In this document: piece after piece, positions 21,730 through 34,881 of the stretch | How positions within the stretch are numbered: position 1 is the first letter of the stretch | How the letters are laid out: each line of letters opens with the position of its first letter | Program-made: the position numbers and the translations under genes | Notes under the pieces: model-generated | Told to the model about the DNA's origin: nothing | The model's input: the letters and a program-made list of their open reading frames with translations, nothing else | The model's database searches: none | Assembly: GCA_030141605.1 (NCBI GenBank) | Contig: JAQGDQ010000249.1 | Span: 30,924-94,923, forward strand | From: Tubiluchus corallicola | Taxonomy: Eukaryota > Animalia > Priapulida | DNA length: 64,000 nucleotides | Reading direction: 5' to 3'

Positions 21730-23112
21730 ATGTCGTTTGCATCATTTCTCAAAACTTGTGCCATTGTTTTTTATTTCCTTGAATGTTTTTGCATCAAAGG
21801 AACGTTGTGTAACACTAAAACAAGGACTGAAAATTGTAACAGTTTGTATAACCAGTACAATTTAGAAGTGCTTTATGGTAAAAACTTCAGAACACAGGGT
21901 TATTTACTCCACGGAGAGATGCTTCGAGTGGGAGCATGGAGAGAAGATGCTACGAAGCCATATCTAGACCAACTGCTTACGATGCTCAGCCAAGCAGCAA
22001 ACTTCACGTACAAGGTGACATACATTAAACGTTCAGGAACTCTAAAAAATATAATTGATACAGGAGAATTCGACTTGTTTTTGGGATTAGTCACAATGTT
22101 ACCAGAAAGAGCAAAAAGCATGACGTTTCTTCACCCACTTGTTTATAATTCTCAGGTATTTATCACAAAAAGACATCAATTACAAGGTTTCAATATAATA
22201 GACCCATTCACCACACTCGTGTGGCTGCTTCTGGTATTATATGGCATAGTAGTGGGTACAATACTTTACTATATTGACTACAGCAAAAACCTGCCGTACA
22301 ACGAGGAAGAGATTATAAAATGCAGCAACTGCCAAAGAAAACTGGAAAAACCTGTGATAAAGAATGAAAGCAAGGCGTACTTTACTCGGTTCACACTATC
22401 GTCGTACCTACAACAAGGTGGAACATATTTACCAGAATGTTTATCTGCTAGGATGCTTATCGGATGGTGGTGGATTTTTGCTTGCATCATCACAGCCATG
22501 TACACGGGCACACTGGTTAGTAAATTATTTGTAAGCAAGCAAGTTTATCCATTCTCCACATTGCAAGAATTGATAGACAGCGACATAGTTCCTGTTACAC
22601 TAGGTCAGTTCAGTGGCACCATGCAGATGAAAAACAGACCGGATTTTGGACAACTGTGGCAGAGAATGAAAGTAGATCCTAATGTACCTACTGACAGTGC
22701 AGAGATGGCATTGGAACTGACAGCTACTGGAAAATACACCTACTTCGGAGAAGAGACTCATGCAAAGTTCTTCTTAATTAAGGATTATGAATTACACGGA
22801 AAATGCAGATTTTCTGTTTCCCCGTTGTTGAAATTTTTGTCACCATCAGCATTAGTTGTACAAAAGAAAAGTAACTACACTGATGTCCTAAATTTTGCTC
22901 TTGCTACATTAAAGGAACACGGTCTTGTGGACAAACTGCTACAACGATTACTGCAGCCTTCGGAAAAATGTTTAGACTCACCTGTTCAGCATGTAGGCAC
23001 GTTATCAATTAATGTGGAGCAACTTAATGTAGTTTTTTGGGGGTTGATATATGGAATCGGTGTAGCATTGTTTACATTTATAAGCGAGCTTGCTTATAAG
23101 AAGTTTATGTGA
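21730..23112 (+). CDS. iGluR/IR-like channel, copy 4 (460 aa)
   Basis: Full-length paralog. The ORF-track start at 21688 is a GTG; the homologous ATG is at 21730. S2 is nearly identical to copy 3. Confidence 0.92.
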   Translation: MSFASFLKTCAIVFYFLECFCIKGTLCNTKTRTENCNSLYNQYNLEVLYGKNFRTQGYLLHGEMLRVGAWREDATKPYLDQLLTMLSQAANFTYKVTYIKRSGTLKNIIDTGEFDLFLGLVTMLPERAKSMTFLHPLVYNSQVFITKRHQLQGFNIIDPFTTLVWLLLVLYGIVVGTILYYIDYSKNLPYNEEEIIKCSNCQRKLEKPVIKNESKAYFTRFTLSSYLQQGGTYLPECLSARMLIGWWWIFACIITAMYTGTLVSKLFVSKQVYPFSTLQELIDSDIVPVTLGQFSGTMQMKNRPDFGQLWQRMKVDPNVPTDSAEMALELTATGKYTYFGEETHAKFFLIKDYELHGKCRFSVSPLLKFLSPSALVVQKKSNYTDVLNFALATLKEHGLVDKLLQRLLQPSEKCLDSPVQHVGTLSINVEQLNVVFWGLIYGIGVALFTFISELAYKKFM

Positions 23113-24645
23113 AAATCAATAGTTTATGTGCTGACCTCATTGCTGACGGATTTGTAGATGATAATCATTTATCAGCTAACAGTGGATGTGCTAAATGGAA
23201 AGTAAAGAATGAAATTGACTGGAGTGTGTTCCGTATGCGAGTAGATGAGATATCTCATAGTAAAAGTCAGTTGTTTAGCTGATGCGGTAAACTATGTATA
23301 ACTTGAACTGGTATAATTTGAATTCTTGCGTATCTCGAACAGATCTTGTGGACCGGATTTTCCTTTCACTTTTCCTTTTAATAAACATCGTGTAACTCAG
23401 ATTATCGCGTAACTTGAACCAAATTCCCGGTACAGTTTTTAAGAAATGTACTGAAATTATCTCGCCTGTCTGGAACAGCCTCCCAAGCGAGAAGTCTTAC
23501 GTGAAAGCGTTCACCACATTACGATTTTAACTGCTAGTTTCAGCAAAAATGCTAAATTGCTTGTGTTACCTTAGTAGAACGCTGCACACGACATGGCTTA
23601 ACGAACATGGTATAACGTAGATCACAATATTAGTATTGCTAAATTCTATTAACAGTGCTACTCAGACCACAGTACATGATGTAGGCAGGTGACTGTAGGT
23701 CTGGTGCCATATTTAGACTTGGTGAGGCCCTAGACTATATAAAGCCCTGGGCCTGGTCTCAGAAAACTTGAAAATATATACGCCTCTTAATTATTTAATA
23801 TCTAAGTGAGCAATACAAATTATTTTTAAATGAATGACTTTCTGGCAACATATTAATAATTTGGTTGGCTTAAACTCTTTCATATACATTTTATGTTAGA
23901 ATAAAATGCAGCTATGACGGACGACCCAAATACTAAACTATGGGGAAAAATGGCAAAAATTGAAAAAATCGTAAAAAATGCAAATCTCGAAAATTTTGGA
24001 AATCATTTAACAAGTTTTATATGGTTTATCAGAAAAACAGTTAAAGAAAGCATTGCTTAATTCTATTTTAAATTAAATTATATTTTAATCGGTTTTTGAA
24101 ATCTTAGCAAGTTTTAGATTTTATGATTCTGATTTTAATCTTTAATCACCTTAATTTTGACTTCATGTAGTTTTGTTCTTAATTACTGTATCGCAATGAT
24201 AATTATAATCATTTATTTTTCTTAATTGTGTATGACTTTTGTCAGTACTTTTACTTCTTAGTATTTTAGTCTAAAATATTGTTTTACCCCTAATGTAGTT
24301 GTGCTATATTTACTAAATAATTTTTAACTGATTTTTAAGCTTTAAATTTTTTAGTTTTCAATTATACTTTATAAATTTTTGAATTTTAACTTTATGGCTC
24401 TTATTAGACATATTTTCTGAAACTTATTAACAATTTAAAATTCCTAATTTTTGATGCTTAAGGTTTTAATTAAAATGTTCATTTAATTTAATGTATGCTA
24501 TTAATGTGTAATTTTTATTTGTTTAATTTCACTTATTTGAAATTAGCTATTTAAAGTGCTAATCATGCATGAACCATCATGGAAATATTGTATTATATTC
24601 AATTTTGATCCAAATCCATGTAAAAAAATAAATTTCTGTTTTATT

Positions 24646-25449
24646 NNNNNNNNNNNNNNNNNNNNNNNNNNNNNNNNNNNNNNNNNNNNNNNNNNNNNNN
24701 NNNNNNNNNNNNNNNNNNNNNNNNNNNNNNNNNNNNNNNNNNNNNNNNNNNNNNNNNNNNNNNNNNNNNNNNNNNNNNNNNNNNNNNNNNNNNNNNNNNN
24801 NNNNNNNNNNNNNNNNNNNNNNNNNNNNNNNNNNNNNNNNNNNNNNNNNNNNNNNNNNNNNNNNNNNNNNNNNNNNNNNNNNNNNNNNNNNNNNNNNNNN
24901 NNNNNNNNNNNNNNNNNNNNNNNNNNNNNNNNNNNNNNNNNNNNNNNNNNNNNNNNNNNNNNNNNNNNNNNNNNNNNNNNNNNNNNNNNNNNNNNNNNNN
25001 NNNNNNNNNNNNNNNNNNNNNNNNNNNNNNNNNNNNNNNNNNNNNNNNNNNNNNNNNNNNNNNNNNNNNNNNNNNNNNNNNNNNNNNNNNNNNNNNNNNN
25101 NNNNNNNNNNNNNNNNNNNNNNNNNNNNNNNNNNNNNNNNNNNNNNNNNNNNNNNNNNNNNNNNNNNNNNNNNNNNNNNNNNNNNNNNNNNNNNNNNNNN
25201 NNNNNNNNNNNNNNNNNNNNNNNNNNNNNNNNNNNNNNNNNNNNNNNNNNNNNNNNNNNNNNNNNNNNNNNNNNNNNNNNNNNNNNNNNNNNNNNNNNNN
25301 NNNNNNNNNNNNNNNNNNNNNNNNNNNNNNNNNNNNNNNNNNNNNNNNNNNNNNNNNNNNNNNNNNNNNNNNNNNNNNNNNNNNNNNNNNNNNNNNNNNN
25401 NNNNNNNNNNNNNNNNNNNNNNNNNNNNNNNNNNNNNNNNNNNNNNNNN
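24646..25449. other. Assembly gap (804 N)
   Basis: Run of N between an AT-rich spacer block and a (CTAAT)n microsatellite. Confidence 0.99.
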
Positions 25450-26021
25450 CTAATCTAATCTAATCCTTCAATCTCAAGGTGGACTTGATCAACATAGGAG
25501 ACACTAATCACGTGTTACTTTTGGTTTTTAATTTACAGTTTGCACCTCGCGGTCTTGGTTAAGTATAGTACGTTTGCTCTTGTGTGGTTTCTGCATTCTC
25601 TAGCTACAGTGCCGCATACAAAAGCCAAATATTTGATACCTAGCAAACAAATGCATAGCCAATAACGTTTTCGAAAGTGCAAGTTCTGCAGAATTCTGCT
25701 TTTCAATATGTTGTTATTTTACGTGTTGAGGTAACATTAGCTAGGTGGTAATATTAACACAGGTGGCAACAGGACGAGAAGCCTAATTAAACACCAGAAA
25801 GGTGTGGCAGACAAAACTAACATGTAGATTCACACCTGGTGAATTAGTACACACACTATTATGATTAATGCACATATATGACAAAGTACATGTAACACTT
25901 GGCATTGTAGTATAAAAGTGGTCGGCTGAAAACATTTTCATCGTCATCCTCCTTGGATGGGCATATTATGACTGTATAATGTGAATCAGCTAAGTTTATT
26001 ATTCAGACTTCCAGAGCAAAA

Positions 26022-27402
26022 ATGTCGTTTGCATCATTTCTCAAAACTTGCGCCATCACTTTTTATTTCCTTGAATGTTTTTGGACCGCAGGAATGTCGT
26101 GTAAAACTAAAACAAGGACTGAAAATTGCAACAGTTTGAATAACCAGAACAATTTAAATGCGTTTTATGGTAAAAACTACAGAACACGGGTTATTCACTC
26201 CATGGAGAGATGCTTCGAGTTGGAGCATGGAGAGACGATCCGATGAAGCCATATCTAGATCAGCTGCTTACGATGCTCAGCCAAGCAGCAAACTTCACGT
26301 ACAAGGTGACATACGTCAAGCATTTGGAAACTCTAAAAAATGCAATGGATGCAGGAGAATTCGACTTGTTTTTGGGCTTAGTCACAATGTTACCAGAAAG
26401 AGCAAAAACTATGACGTTTCTTTACCCACTTGCTTATAGTTCTCATGTATTTATCGCAAAAAGACATCAATTACAAGGTTTTAATATAATAGACCCGTTC
26501 ACCACACCCGTGTGGCTGCTTCTGTTATTATATGGCGTAGTAGTGGGTACAATACTTTACTATATTGACTACAGCAAAAACCTGCCGTACAGCCAGGAAG
26601 GGATTATAAAATGCAGCAACTGCAGAGAAAACTGGAAGAACCAGTGATAAAGAATGAAAGTAAGGCGTACTTTACTCTGTTCACACTATCGTCATACCTC
26701 CAACAAGGTGGAACATATTTGCCACAATGTTTATCCGCTAGGATGCTTATTGGATGGTGGTGGATTTTTGGTTGCATCATCACAGCCATGTACACGGGCA
26801 CGCTGGTTAGTAAACTATTTGTAAGCAAGCAAGTTTATCCATTCACTACATTGCAAGAGTTGATAGACAGCGACGTAGTTCCTGTCACAGTAGGTCAGTT
26901 GAGCCAGACCTTACAAATGAAAAACAGACCGGAATTTAGACGAGTGTGGCAGAGAATGAAACTGGATCCTAATGTACCTGCCAACAGTACAGAGATGGCA
27001 TTAGAACTGACAGCTACTGGAAAATACACCTTCTTCGACGAAGAGACTTATGCAAAGATCCGCTTAATAAAGGATTATGAATTATGCGGAAAATGCAGAT
27101 TTTCCATTGCTTTGTCTTTAAGTTTTTTGTCACCATCAGCATTAGTTGTACCAAAGAAAAGTAACTACACGGAAGTCCTAAATTTTGCTCTTGCTACATT
27201 AAAAGAACACGGTCTTGTGGACAAACTGCTACAACAGTTACTGCAGCTTTCGGCAAAGTGTTTAGACTCACCTGTTCAGCATGTAGGCACGTTATCAATT
27301 AATGTGGAGCACCTTAATGTAGTTTTTTGGGTGATGATATCTGGAATCGGTGTAGCATTGTTTACATTTATTAGCGAGCTTGCTTACAAGAAATTTATGT
27401 GA
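26022..27402 (+). pseudogene. iGluR/IR-like copy 5 with two 1-nt deletions (pseudogene or sequencing error)
   Basis: Span is 1381 nt versus 1383 in intact copies. Deletions at ~26188 (acgggttat vs acggggttat in copy 13) and ~26624 (tgcagaga vs tgccaaaga) split the protein over three frames. Confidence 0.75.
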
Positions 27403-30278
27403 AAATCAATAGATATTATACTAACCCTTCAATCTCCAACCATTTACCCTTTTCAAGGTTATCAATAACTGCTGGTTGTTGGCTGATCTCAAACAGTTTT
27501 CTTATATAATGATGGTAGTACATGTGCAGCTAAAAATGAAGTGTGCCATGCTGTTCAGCATTGTGATAACGCATTGTCACATATTTGACGCATTTAATCC
27601 ACAATTTCAGGCTGTTTCCTTCAAATAACCTTGTGTATTGTAAAATGTTTCTTCGGCCGTGAAAAACATCTGGAAAATTCGATTAGACAAACTTTATCTT
27701 TCAAAACACCTACTTTCACACTTTTATATTCCTTTATCAGCATAAAGTTTTCCCATTACATGGTCGAACGACGTTGGTGTAACATGTTCTTGTAATAGTT
27801 TCCTAAAGGTGGCAGCACTTTATAACATGTGCTTTATGTAATAGGTATATCAAAATGTTACATGGTGTATTAAAAGTGGGATAAGTCATAATACGTCATA
27901 AATTATTTATTTTACATAACACCTCTACAACAACTTTGTGTAGCAAAATATGATATTGTGTTCTGCAGCAAACAAGACCAGGCCATACTCTGCTATAGTA
28001 TTCTTTTATTTGTTCAACATTGAATGTCAACAATTTAACGTGATCTTCAAACCAGTGTGACATCGCCGTGAAAGTCAGTAAGCCAACATAGAACTTAGTT
28101 CCTCAACCTAGCAAGAGCGCAGCTTGTTGTCTGTTAACTTATTAAAGGTTGCACGAAAACTTCACACTCACAGAATAAATCTGTGCATCTAGGCAATGTA
28201 TCTAACCCCAGGCTTATAAAGAACGTACTTCCTCAGGTTAGCAAGAATGCAGCTTGTTGTCTGTTAACTTATTAAAGGTTGTACAACAACTGCACACTCA
28301 CAGAATAAATCTGTGCATCTAGGCAATGTATCTAACTCCAGGGTTATAAGAATGTACTTCCTCAGCCTAGGGAGTTGTGTCTACCAAGAGTACTTTTCTT
28401 ATTTGCTCAGGCTTATTTGAAATATAGTTCCTTAGCCTGTATTGAGCTGTACTAACTAGTACTTACCAGGTATTATCAAGCTGCTCATTAGAGCAAGAAC
28501 ATATTCGTCATCTGCCGTTACTACTGACCTAATTGCTGACGGATTTGTACATGATAATTAGCTGTCAGCTAAGAGTGGATAAGCTAAATGGAAAGTAAAT
28601 GATGAAATTGATTGGAGTATGGTCCATATGCGAGTAGATGAGATATCTCATTGTAAATGTCAGTTGTTTATCTCATACGGTAAACTATGTATAATTTGAA
28701 CTGGTATATAACTCGAATTCTTGCGTATCTCGAACTGGTCTCCTGGAGCGGATTTTTTCCTTTCATTTATCCCTTTAATAAACGTTGTTTAACTTGAATT
28801 ATCGCATAACTTGAGCCAAATTCCCGACACAGTTTTTAAGAATCTGATTGCAATTACCTCGACTGTCTGGAACAGCCTCCCAAGCGAGAACGAGAAGTCC
28901 TACGTGAAAGCGTTCACCACATTACGATTTTAACGGCTAGTTTCAGCCAAAATGCTAAATTTCTTGTGCTACCTTAGTAGAACGCTACACACGACATGGC
29001 TTAGCAAACATGGTTTAATGTTGATCACAATATTATTATTGCCGAATTCTATTAACCATGCTACTCAAACTACAATACATGACATAGACTTGGTGAGATT
29101 CTGCCATATACATTTTGTATTATAATAAATTGCAGCTATGATGGATGACCCAAATATTAAACTAAAGAAAGCATTGCTTAATACTATTTTAAATTAAATT
29201 ATATTGTAATCTGTCTCATTTTTGAAATCTTAGTAACTTTTAGATTTTATCATTCTGATTTTAATCTTTAATCACCTTAATTTTGACTTCATGTAGTTTC
29301 GCTCTTAATTACTGTTTAGCAATGATAATTATAAACATTTAATTCTTTCTTAATTGGGTATGACTTTTATCAGTATTTTTACTTATTAGTACTTTTAGTC
29401 TAAAATGTTGTTTTATCCCTAATCTTACATTTAGTAAATAATTTTTAACTGTTTTTTAATCTTTAAATTTTTCATTTTTCAATTATTCTTTATGAATTTT
29501 ATGAATTTTAGCTTTATGACTCTTATTTAACTTGTTTTCTGAAACTTATTAACAATTTAAAATGCCTAACTCTTGATGCTTAGGGATTTAATTAAATGTT
29601 CATTTAATTTAATGTATGCTATTAATGTGTAATTTTTATCTGTTTAATATCGTTTATTTGAAATTATCTATTTAAAGTGCTAATCATGCATGAACCATCG
29701 TGGAAATATTGTATTATATGCAATTCTGATCCACATCCATGTAAAAAATAAATTTCTGTTTTATTCTATTCTTCTTAGGATGATCCATGTTTTGTTTAGA
29801 GTGAATCCACTTGGCGATTTCTAAGGAGATGTTGTTTGAAATTTTTTCTCCTAGGGGGTCCCATTTTAGAGAAAATTTTAAAAAAATTGTAAAAATTCAA
29901 AATTTTGAAAATCCGTAAAAAGATGATTCTGTGTCTGTTAAATCCACATCCTGACCTGACATTTCTTACAACTTGGATCCCAATGTGGAGTGTTAGGAGT
30001 TTTCCTTAGATTTATTATATAACCTGTTGCGATGAAGCTTTTGTATTCTTATGTTGGGATTCATCCAAGGATCGTTTCCGGGACGAATCATTACTGTTTC
30101 ATTTGGGATAGATCCACAACACACTTTGTAAATGCGTCTATAATTAACTTGCATGTTTGGTTTACATTGAGAGTTATTAAAGCATCCAGATGACATTTGA
30201 TAATTAATTCGAAAAAATATGAAGTATCAACATTTTCTCATTTCTAAACTTTTCTCACATACCTTTTTACTTAATACA

Positions 30279-30318
<40 letters not shown>

Positions 30319-30617
30319 AATTTCATATGGCTCAATATAAGACAGTGTCTGCATGCATCAGCAGTCGCTGTCTGTACAAACGTCCCAATAAACCAGTTTT
30401 GAGTATTTGTAATGATAAGAACTAAACATGATTTTGACTCTGGTGAAATGTGAGTGGCTTCGTTTATTAATTGAAGCAGACATTAATTACGTAAATGATA
30501 CAAAATCTGATTCAACTCCTCTCTTCCCCTCCCATTTTCTCTCTTATTGCATTTTGATCTATTCTTTATTATTCTACTTTGTTCTACACTTTTGCCTTTT
30601 TGTTTTTTCGAGTTTAG

Positions 30618-30745
30618 TCTAATCTAATCTAATCTAATCTAATCTAATCTAATCTAATCTAATCTAATCTAATCTAATCCTTCAATCTCAAGGTGGACTT
30701 GATCAAAGTAGGAGACACTAATCACGTGTTACTTTTCGTTTTTAA
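30618..30745 (-). mobile_element. (CTAAT)n microsatellite plus ~65-bp unique insert, probable 5'-truncated retroelement 3' end with (ATTAG)n tail
   Basis: Present upstream of copies 5 (25450), 6 (30618) and 9 (44210) only; other spacers that retain this segment read tctaatctaatttacag or similar at this site. Confidence 0.6.
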
Positions 30746-31220
30746 TTTACAGTTTGCTCCTCGCTGTCTGGGTTAAGTATAGTACGTTTGCTCTTGTGTG
30801 GTTTCTGCATTCGCTAGCTCCAGTGCCGCATACAAAAGCCAAATCTTTAGATACCTAGCAAACAAATGCATAGCCAATAAGTTCTGCAGAATTCTGCTTT
30901 TCAATATGTTATTATTTTAGGTGTTGAGGTAACATTAGCTAGGTGGTAATGTTAACACAGGTGGCAACAGGACGAGAAGCCTAATTAAACGCCAGAAAGT
31001 TTGACAGACAAAACGAACATATAGATTGGCACCTGGTAAATTAGCGCACACGCTATTATGATTAATGCAAATATATTTACAAAGTATATGTAACACATTG
31101 GCATTGTAGTATAAAAGTGGTCAGCTGAAAACATTTTCATCGTCATCCTCCTTCGATAGGCATATTATGATTGTGTAATGTGAATCAGCTAAGTTTATTA
31201 TTCACACTTCCAAAGCGAAA

Positions 31221-32603
31221 ATGTCGTTTGCATCATTTCTCAAAACTTGTGCCGTCACTTTTTATTTCCTTGAATGTTTTTGGACCGCTGGAATGTCGTG
31301 TAAGACTAAAATCAGGACTGAAAATTGCAACAGCTCGTACAACCAGTACAATTTAAATGCGCTTTATGTTAAAAACTTCAGAACACAGGGTTATTCACTC
31401 CACGGAGAGATGCTTCGAGTTGGAGCATGGAGAGACGATCCGACGAAGCCATATCTAGATCAACTGCTTACGATGCTCAGCCAAGCAACAAACTTTACGT
31501 ACAAGGTGACATACATCAAACATTTGCAAACTCTAAAAAATGCAATTGATACAGGAGAATTCGACTTGTTTTTGGGCTTAGTCACCATGTTACCAGAAAG
31601 AGCAAAAAGCATGACGTTTCTTCACCCACTTGCTTACAATTCTCGTGTATTTATCACAAAAAGACATCAATTACAAGGTTTTAGTATAATAGACCCATTC
31701 ACCACACTCGTGTGGCTGCTTCTGGTATTATATGGCATAGTTGTGGGTACAATACTTTACTATATTGACTACAGCAAAAACTTGCCGTACAACGAGGAAG
31801 AGATTATAAAATGCAGCAACTGCCAAAGAAAACTGGAAAAACCAGTGATAAAGAATGAAAGTAAGGCGTACTTTATTCAGTTCACACTGTCGTCATACCT
31901 CCAACAAGGTGGAACATATTTACCACAATGTTTATCTGCTAGGATGCTTATAGGATGGTGGTGGATTTTTGCTTGCATCATCACAGCCATGTACATGGGC
32001 ACACTGGTTAGTAAACTATTTGTAAGCAAGCAAGTTTATCCATTTTCTACGTTGCAAGAGTTGATAGACAGCGATATAATTCCTGTTACAATAGGTCACT
32101 ACAGCCCCACACTGCAAATGAAAAACAGACCTGAATTTAGACAACTGTGGCAGAGAATGACACTGGATCCTAATGTACCTGTTGACAGTGCAGAGATGGC
32201 ATTAGAACTGACAGCTACTGGAAAATACACATTCTTTACAGAACGGATTTATGCAAAGCTCCGCTTAGTAAAGGATTATGAATTACGCGGAAAATGCAGA
32301 TTTTCCATTGCTTTGTCTTTAAGTTTTTCGACACCATCAGCATTAGTTGTACCAAAGAAAAGTAACTATACTGAAGTCCTAAATTTTGCTCTTGCTACAT
32401 TAAAAGAACACGGTCTTGTGGATGAACTGCTACAACAGTTACTGCAGCCTTCGGAAAAGTGTTTAGACTCACCTGTTCAGCATGTAGGCACGTTATCAAT
32501 TAATGTGGAGCAACTTAATGTGATTTTTTGGGTGTTGATATGTGGAATCGGTGTAGCATTGTTTACATTTATTAGTGAGCTTGCTTACAAGAAATTTACG
32601 TGA
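31221..32603 (+). CDS. iGluR/IR-like channel, copy 6 (460 aa)
   Basis: Full-length paralog; M3 reads AMYMGTLVS. Confidence 0.92.
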   Translation: MSFASFLKTCAVTFYFLECFWTAGMSCKTKIRTENCNSSYNQYNLNALYVKNFRTQGYSLHGEMLRVGAWRDDPTKPYLDQLLTMLSQATNFTYKVTYIKHLQTLKNAIDTGEFDLFLGLVTMLPERAKSMTFLHPLAYNSRVFITKRHQLQGFSIIDPFTTLVWLLLVLYGIVVGTILYYIDYSKNLPYNEEEIIKCSNCQRKLEKPVIKNESKAYFIQFTLSSYLQQGGTYLPQCLSARMLIGWWWIFACIITAMYMGTLVSKLFVSKQVYPFSTLQELIDSDIIPVTIGHYSPTLQMKNRPEFRQLWQRMTLDPNVPVDSAEMALELTATGKYTFFTERIYAKLRLVKDYELRGKCRFSIALSLSFSTPSALVVPKKSNYTEVLNFALATLKEHGLVDELLQQLLQPSEKCLDSPVQHVGTLSINVEQLNVIFWVLICGIGVALFTFISELAYKKFT

Positions 32604-34881
32604 AAATCAACAGATATTGTACTAACCCTCTAATGTCCAATCATTTACCCTTTTCAAGGTCATCAATAACTGCTGCTTGTTGGCTGACCTTAAACTGTTT
32701 TCTTATCTAATGATGGTAGTACATGTGCAGCTAAAAATGAAGTGTGCCATGCAGTTCAGCATCATAACATAAAAACTGTCACTGATTTGACATAAAAAAC
32801 TGATTTGACGCATTTAATCCACAATGTGTTTTTCAGACTGTTTCCTTTAAATAATCTTGTATTGTGAATGTGTCTTCAGCCATGAATACAGTGCACAATG
32901 TAGACATGTAGACTGTAGGTCTGGTTCCTGATTTAGACTTGGTGAGGCCCTAGACTATGTGAAGCCCTGGGCCTGGTCTCAGAAAACTTGGAAATATATA
33001 CGCCTCTTAGTTATTTAATATCAAAGTGAGCAACACAAATTATTTTCAAATGAATGACTTACTGGCAACATATTAATAATGTGGTTTGCTTAAACTCTGT
33101 CATATACATTTTGTGTTATAATAAAATGCAGCTATGACGGACGACCCAAATACTAAACAAAGGGAAGAAATAGCAAAAATTGAAAAAATCACAGAAAATA
33201 CAAATCTCGAAAATTTTGGAAATCATTTAACAACTTTTATATAGTTTATCAGAAAAACAGTTAAAGAAAGCATTGCTTAATACTATTTTAAATTAAATTA
33301 TATTTTAAACTGTTATCTCATTTTTGAAATCTTAGCAACTTTTAGATTTTATGATTCTGATTTTAATCTTTAATCACCTTAATTTTGACCTTATGTAGTT
33401 TTGTTCTTAATTACTGTTTAGCAATGATAATTATAAACATTTATGTTTTCTTAATCGGTTGTGACTTTTCTCAGTACTTTTACTTTTACTTCTTAGTACT
33501 TTTAGTCTAAAATGTTGTTTTACCCCTAATCTAGTTGTGCTACATTTAGTAAATAATTCTTAACTGTTTTTTAATCTTTAAATTTTTCATTTTTCAATTA
33601 TACTTTAAGAATTATTTTAATTTTAACTTTATGACTCTTATTAGACTTATTTTATGAAACTTATTAACAATTTAAAATTCCTAATTCTTGATGGTTGGGG
33701 TTTTAATTAAAATGTTAATTTAATTTAATGTATGCTATTAATGTGTAATTTTTATTTGTTTAATTTCACTTATTTGAAATTAGCTATTTAAAGTTATAAT
33801 CATGCATGAACCATCGTGGAAATATTGTATTATATTCAATTTTGATCCACATCCATATAAAAAATAAATTCTATTTTATTCTGTTCTTAGGATGATCCAT
33901 GATTTGTTTTGTGTGAATCCACTTGGCGATTTAAAAGGAGATGTTGCTTGAAACTTTTTCTCCTATAGGGTCCTGTGTTAGCGAAAATTTAAAAAAATGC
34001 ATAAAATTTAAGGAATTAAACATTTGAAAATCCGCAAAAAGATGATTTTGTGTCTGTTAATTCCACATCCTGACCTGACATTTCTTACAACTTTGATCCC
34101 AATGTGGAGTGTTAGGAGTTTTCCTTAGATTTATTATATAACCTGTTGCGATGATGCTTTTGTGTTCTTATGTTGGGATTCATCCAAGGATCATTTCTGT
34201 TATGTTTGATTTGGGATAGATCCACAACACAGTTTGTAAGTGCATCAATAATTAACTTGCACGTTTGGTTTACATTGAGAGTTATTAAAGCATCCAGATG
34301 AAACTTGATAATTGATTCGAAAAAATATAAAGTATCAACATTTTCATAATTCTAAACTTTTCTCACATACCTTTTTACTTAATATATATGTATAAATTTC
34401 ATATGGCTCAATATAGGACAGTGTCTGCATGCATCAGCAGTCGCTGTCTGTACAAACGTCCCAGTAAACCAGTTTGGAATATTTGTAATGATAAGATCTA
34501 AACATGATTTTGACTCTGGTGAAATGTGAGTGGCTTCGTTTATTAATGGATGCAGGCTTTAATTACGTAAATGATACAAATTCTGATTCAATTCTTCTCT
34601 TCTCCTCCCATTTCCTCTCCTATTTCTGCTTTGAAATATATTATTAGGTTAGGTGTTGATGTAACATTAGCTATGTGATAATATTAACACAGTTGGCAAC
34701 AAGAGAAGCCTTATTAAACACCAGTATTAAATATATTTACAAAGCAATCGACCATAACATTAGTATTGTAGAATAAGTGGTCAGCTGAAAACATTTTCAT
34801 CGTCATCCTCCCTGGATAGGCATATTATGACTGTATAATGTGAATCAGCTAAAGTTTATTATTCAGACTTTCAAAGTCAAA

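Noticed and set aside
24556-25458. 300-aa ORF
   Set aside because: It is an artefact of translating through the N gap. The gap size roughly equals the spacer segment expected by homology, so no hidden gene is required.
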